In this document: piece by piece, positions 59,654 to 64,000 of the stretch
Layout: every line of letters begins with the position of its first letter
How positions within the stretch are numbered: the stretch's first letter is position 1
Position numbers and translations under genes: made by a program
The notes under the pieces: generated by a model
Databases searched by the model: none
The model's input: only the letters and a program-made list of their open reading frames with translations
Told to the model about the DNA's origin: nothing
Assembly: GCA_040954595.2 (NCBI GenBank)
Contig: CM082593.2
Location: forward strand, 6,270,172-6,334,171
Direction of reading: 5' to 3'
Source of the DNA: Balanoglossus misakiensis
Taxonomy: Eukaryota > Animalia > Hemichordata
DNA length: 64,000 bases

Positions 59654-61688
59654 GAATGGTTACGTGCAGTGAGAAGGTTCTTCCGATCAGTACATCAAGT
59701 ACACAAAGAAAAACAAGTGTGGTTGTCTGGTCACATGTACAGAAGATACTCAAAATAAAAATGAAAATCTGAAATATTCTCATCCAGGTTTTAAAACTTT
59801 TAAAGCTGCGTGTCATATCCTTTTTTTTCCATATAAGCATAACTTTTCCTTTTGGTCATCATTCAAATGTGAAATTCAAATTCTGTGTGGAAGTTTTTTA
59901 TACCGCATTGTACCTCATACTAAGAATTTTGATGCATTTTGGCATCATGTCGTTATTTCTCTGATATGCCTTATTTTCTCAGGCTTCAACGAAAATGCTT
60001 TGGTCTGTTTTGATATTGTTTATTTCTTATAAAACAATAAAAAGTGGGTTAAATGGGACATGTGAAGGATTATGTAACTAAATTCATTGTGTGTATTAAT
60101 GACAATCAAGATTGTACTTGTATTGTCTTTAGAAAATATCTGCATGGCAATTTATATTTGGGATTATTCTTTTTATGACAGCTGGTTGAATATTTGAGAA
60201 AATCAAATCTGAAAAAAGATTAAGTTTATCAAATGTCCAAGTTCTCCTTATTGATATTTTTGATTATAATATGACAGCTGGTATGTATACATGCATGATC
60301 GTTTTTATGTGTATTTTTATTTGTGGTGTTGTAGTTTGAAATACTTGGTACTTGTTTGGTCTTGTATTTTAAATGTTTTCCCCATTGTTTTCATAATTGT
60401 TCTCTGTATTTTAATATCAATGCAAGTCATTCATGTTCTGTTTTGTTTTGTTTGGGACTGAACCGTCATAAATTGTGATGGATTTCAACACTGAGTAAAT
60501 GGTGCTAGTTTCTGAAATGGTTGGCTGTTTGTCGCCCTCTATCAGGGACAAAGGAAATTGCTTTTGTTTTATGAAGTCCACCTTTTGCAACATTAAAAAT
60601 ATTTGCTGCAGAAGTAATAAACTGCTATGTATACTGGTATGGGAGGATGGGAATTTTTGCACTGTTCTGTAGGATATTTGGCACTATATACTTTTCTGAA
60701 GAAAAAATCAACACTGCTCTGAAATAATTCTGACAAGGTTGCTTTTGCCTGGCCTGGTTTGTTACCTTGGTAACGTACTTTGAATTTATCGTCACAAATT
60801 TTCCACTATTGTTAAAGCCCACACAATTATATTCATGTATGCATGATATGGTCCATCACATAATCTTGAACGTTTAATTGAAAATCTGTGACTAGATAAT
60901 CTTTTCATATGTGGATTGGTTGGATCTGAATATTGTGGTGGAAGGGTGTCATTCACCATTCCTTCAATGTACAAGTTGTAACTTGAGCCCAGCTATGTAT
61001 GAACAATTTTTCATGATTCCTCCAGAGATAAAGTGATCACTTCTATGAATATCTCATCTGTTCAATGTAACAGTGTAGTTTTTCTGCAACTACCGAATCT
61101 AAATTGGCTTGGCACAGGTGTATAATGGCTAAAATTGGTAGTTTGTGATATTACCAGAGCTCGTACTCTATTTTATACTACAATTTATCTATTCAGAGAT
61201 CTGTATACTTATATTTGATATGTTTTAGACTTAACAAATAAACTTTCCATATATAGTTCAATGCCTTTGAGTTTTACTGGTTCGACTGACTTTTCGTGAT
61301 TTTTAAAGAGCTGGCTGGACTTTTGGTTAATTTTCGCATTCCAGATATACTATAAAACTTAATTGTGTTTCAAGTACATGTATCTTGTTTTGAAGTACAG
61401 TACATGTTTAATATGACATGTTGTCATGCTCTTGAAAAGTCTTGGAATGATAAAATTAACCCCAAAATGTCTTTGAAAGCCCAAGAACAATGATCCACCT
61501 TCAAGCACTGCAAATTGACATGGCCACCCATTTGAAAATGCCCAGATGAGTGAAAGCACTTAATCATGATGTCTGTTACGGTTTCAAAGCGTGTTTATCT
61601 GACATAAATAAATATATACATCAGTATATGCATCATAGAATAACGTGTAACACTACAGGGAACTGGTTTGGGGATTGTTGATTTGTGT

Positions 61689-61746
61689 TAGTCTCGGTTT
61701 TACCCAGACTCCTGCCCGCGCGAAGGAGTCTGGGTAACCGAGACTA
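61689..61746. mobile_element. 58-bp hairpin mini-element with TAG...CTA termini
   Basis: TAGTCTCGGTT(TT)ACCCAGACTCCT / AGGAGTCTGGGTAACCGAGACTA. The TSD is not clean. Confidence 0.55.
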
Positions 61747-64000
61747 GTGAGATGAATGGCGCCCTCAATGGACATCCCGGAAATTGTCACGTGATATCGT
61801 ACCAATCAAGCAAAACTAATGTCTGTCGTTGTGGACCAGATCAACCTAGAATCTTTACAGGTAAAATACCTTCAGTTTTCGCCGATAACTACAGTATAGT
61901 GTTTATATTGATTTCCTCGTCCATTCTGAATCGATTTTATTGACCAAGGTGTATCAGAAATCCGAGTAAATCCACGAGATTGCATGTGATACTGTTTCAC
62001 AAGTAGCGTTTTCTGCATGGTCGCCATTTTGTATCGGCGTGGTTGTTGTATGGTTTCACCGCAAGATCCATCCCCAGTCTCCATTTCTTGTAAACAGTGA
62101 TCTTAACGGCAGAGGAGTGATTCCAGGCCTTCGTACGAATCATACTATTCGAATGTTAACTGTTACGATCAGCAATCATTCAAAGGGACACGATTAATCC
62201 AGTATTTCTTTGTGATTTGTCGTTTGTAGATGAAGCTCACGAGTTTGTTGTTTGCAATGGAAAAAATGATCTGACACGGATATCTCAGAGGTCAACATTT
62301 CGTCTGATATATTATATATATCGGTGTAATTTGTGTTGTGAATAGTTTAGATGACCCACGGTGCTTTTGTGGTACACTACATCATTTACACCCAAAGATA
62401 GGCGACTGAACTAATCCAAATTCCTTTTGTGAAGTACATGTACAAATTTCAATGAAATACGAAATCCACCACCCTATTGCACAGTGAGTGGGTCAGCTCG
62501 GCTATTCATTGATTCAAATTCAATTGTCTTGTGTCAATACAGAGATTTGTGGCAAACAACATTAGCTGTCTTATGTAATGAACTGTTGTGGTATGGTCAA
62601 ATCCCAGCTAAAGGCATAATACTTTTGAAAACTGTCGAGCTAAATAGCTCTACCAGTTTGGCGAGTGACCACTATGACTGTACCACTTCCCAACTCCTGT
62701 CATATCCTATGATCATTCTCTTTGCACTTGGTATTTCAAGGCATACATCTTGTGATGATACAAGCCTGTAAGTTCATTATATTCTCTAAAGTAAACCCAA
62801 TAATTTGTCATCCATCGAGCCATCAGTTCATTTGTCAGAACCGAGAGAGACAAGATATTCACAACCTGCAATTAACACTCTGTTAAATTCACTTCCAGAT
62901 GGCAGCAGTAACGGGCGGCATGGGCGAACCAGCAGCGAAACTCATCAAGTTAGAAGATGCGATAAAAGGTACATTGGGTTTGCAACGCTTTTTACAGTAA
63001 TAGTCTAGAGTTGTGTTGTTTGTGTCTGCCGGTCATTCTGTTTACACACACACACACCTATGCCCCTCCTACAGCTTGTATAACAGACTTACTTCATCAC
63101 AGCTTTTGTGGCACCTAACTCCTTGTTTACCAAACAACACATAGTTGCTAGGCATTTCCAACGATAGACATAAACACTCGACCCACCATAGTCATTGCTA
63201 CCTCACGATGCAGACTTCAAGATGGAACGACTGGCTGAAGAAGAGGAAACAGACCGAGAAGACACTGCCCCTGTTTATGTCAACACACAGCCTCATTCAA
63301 TCTCTCCTTTTAGAAATACATAAACTTAACAACTTTTTCCTTGAGTGAAAGGAAAACCTAGACTTCCTCTGGTCTGATTTCACTTTGTAACTGTGAAGGA
63401 AATGACTTGGGACATTTTGTGGTGGATTGAGATTTCTTTGCATGTCTGTACATTGTTTGCCAGGCAAATGTTCATTGTGACCCCAGAAACAATATGAAGG
63501 TGGCTGGTGCATTGTCACCAAAAAGGGGGATGACACAGTGCATTGGTGACACAACATGTAAATTTAATATTCAGGATTCTAAAAAACATACTTGACCTTA
63601 AAGTTTTTTCACGGGTGTGACAGTTTGACTTTGAGCCAGAATGTTTCAGTTGAGAAAAGAAAATATGGACATTCTAGGAAAAAATGATTTGTAGGAAAAT
63701 GATTAATGAAAGAGCATATCATCGTCCACCATAAATTGTGACAAGTCATTTCATGCTGCCGCCAGACCCCAGTTGTAGGGCTCATTCTCTCCTGGAAAAA
63801 AAGTCAGTGAGACTTTTGAGGGAAATGAAATGCCATTGGTCATGGAAAATGCTTGTCAAGATTGGTGGTTCAGTCTAATTGACAGCACAATCACTGACTG
63901 CATTCCTAGAAAAACTGTTGGAAGTCCGGGAATAAAACCCGAACTCAGTGTCCGTTGGATTCGGAGGAAGCCTAGGTTTTTCCACAATCCCGAAATATAT

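Overview
Animal genomic DNA: intron-rich, with microsatellites and MITEs. It looks like a marine invertebrate deuterostome, but that is inference. Contents in order: (1) a probable first coding exon of an unidentified minus-strand gene at ~8.15 kb, head-to-head with (2) a complete SEC31 gene with 20 coding exons (10719-20117), including one GC-AG intron. (3) At ~21.96-30.26 kb, a three-unit tandem cassette, which is the main discovery. Units 1 and 2 have CCAAT and TATA boxes and a two-exon gene for an unrecognised 88-96 aa Arg-rich protein; unit 3 is a diverged version. Each unit ends in a tandem pair of HDV-like self-cleaving ribozyme folds. There are six in total, supported by covariation, with a variant core (C1-G37, UG/CA P1.1), and one has a ~930-nt P4 insertion. 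(4) A frameshifted kelch-like terminal exon on the minus strand. (5) A 13-copy ~553-bp tandem array whose monomers look like head-to-tail TIR elements. (6) A SPARC-family gene (follistatin/Kazal plus EF-hand EC domain) whose signal-peptide exon carries an in-frame TAA. Several non-autonomous DNA transposons are also present. All structures were read by eye; no searches or folding programs were run.
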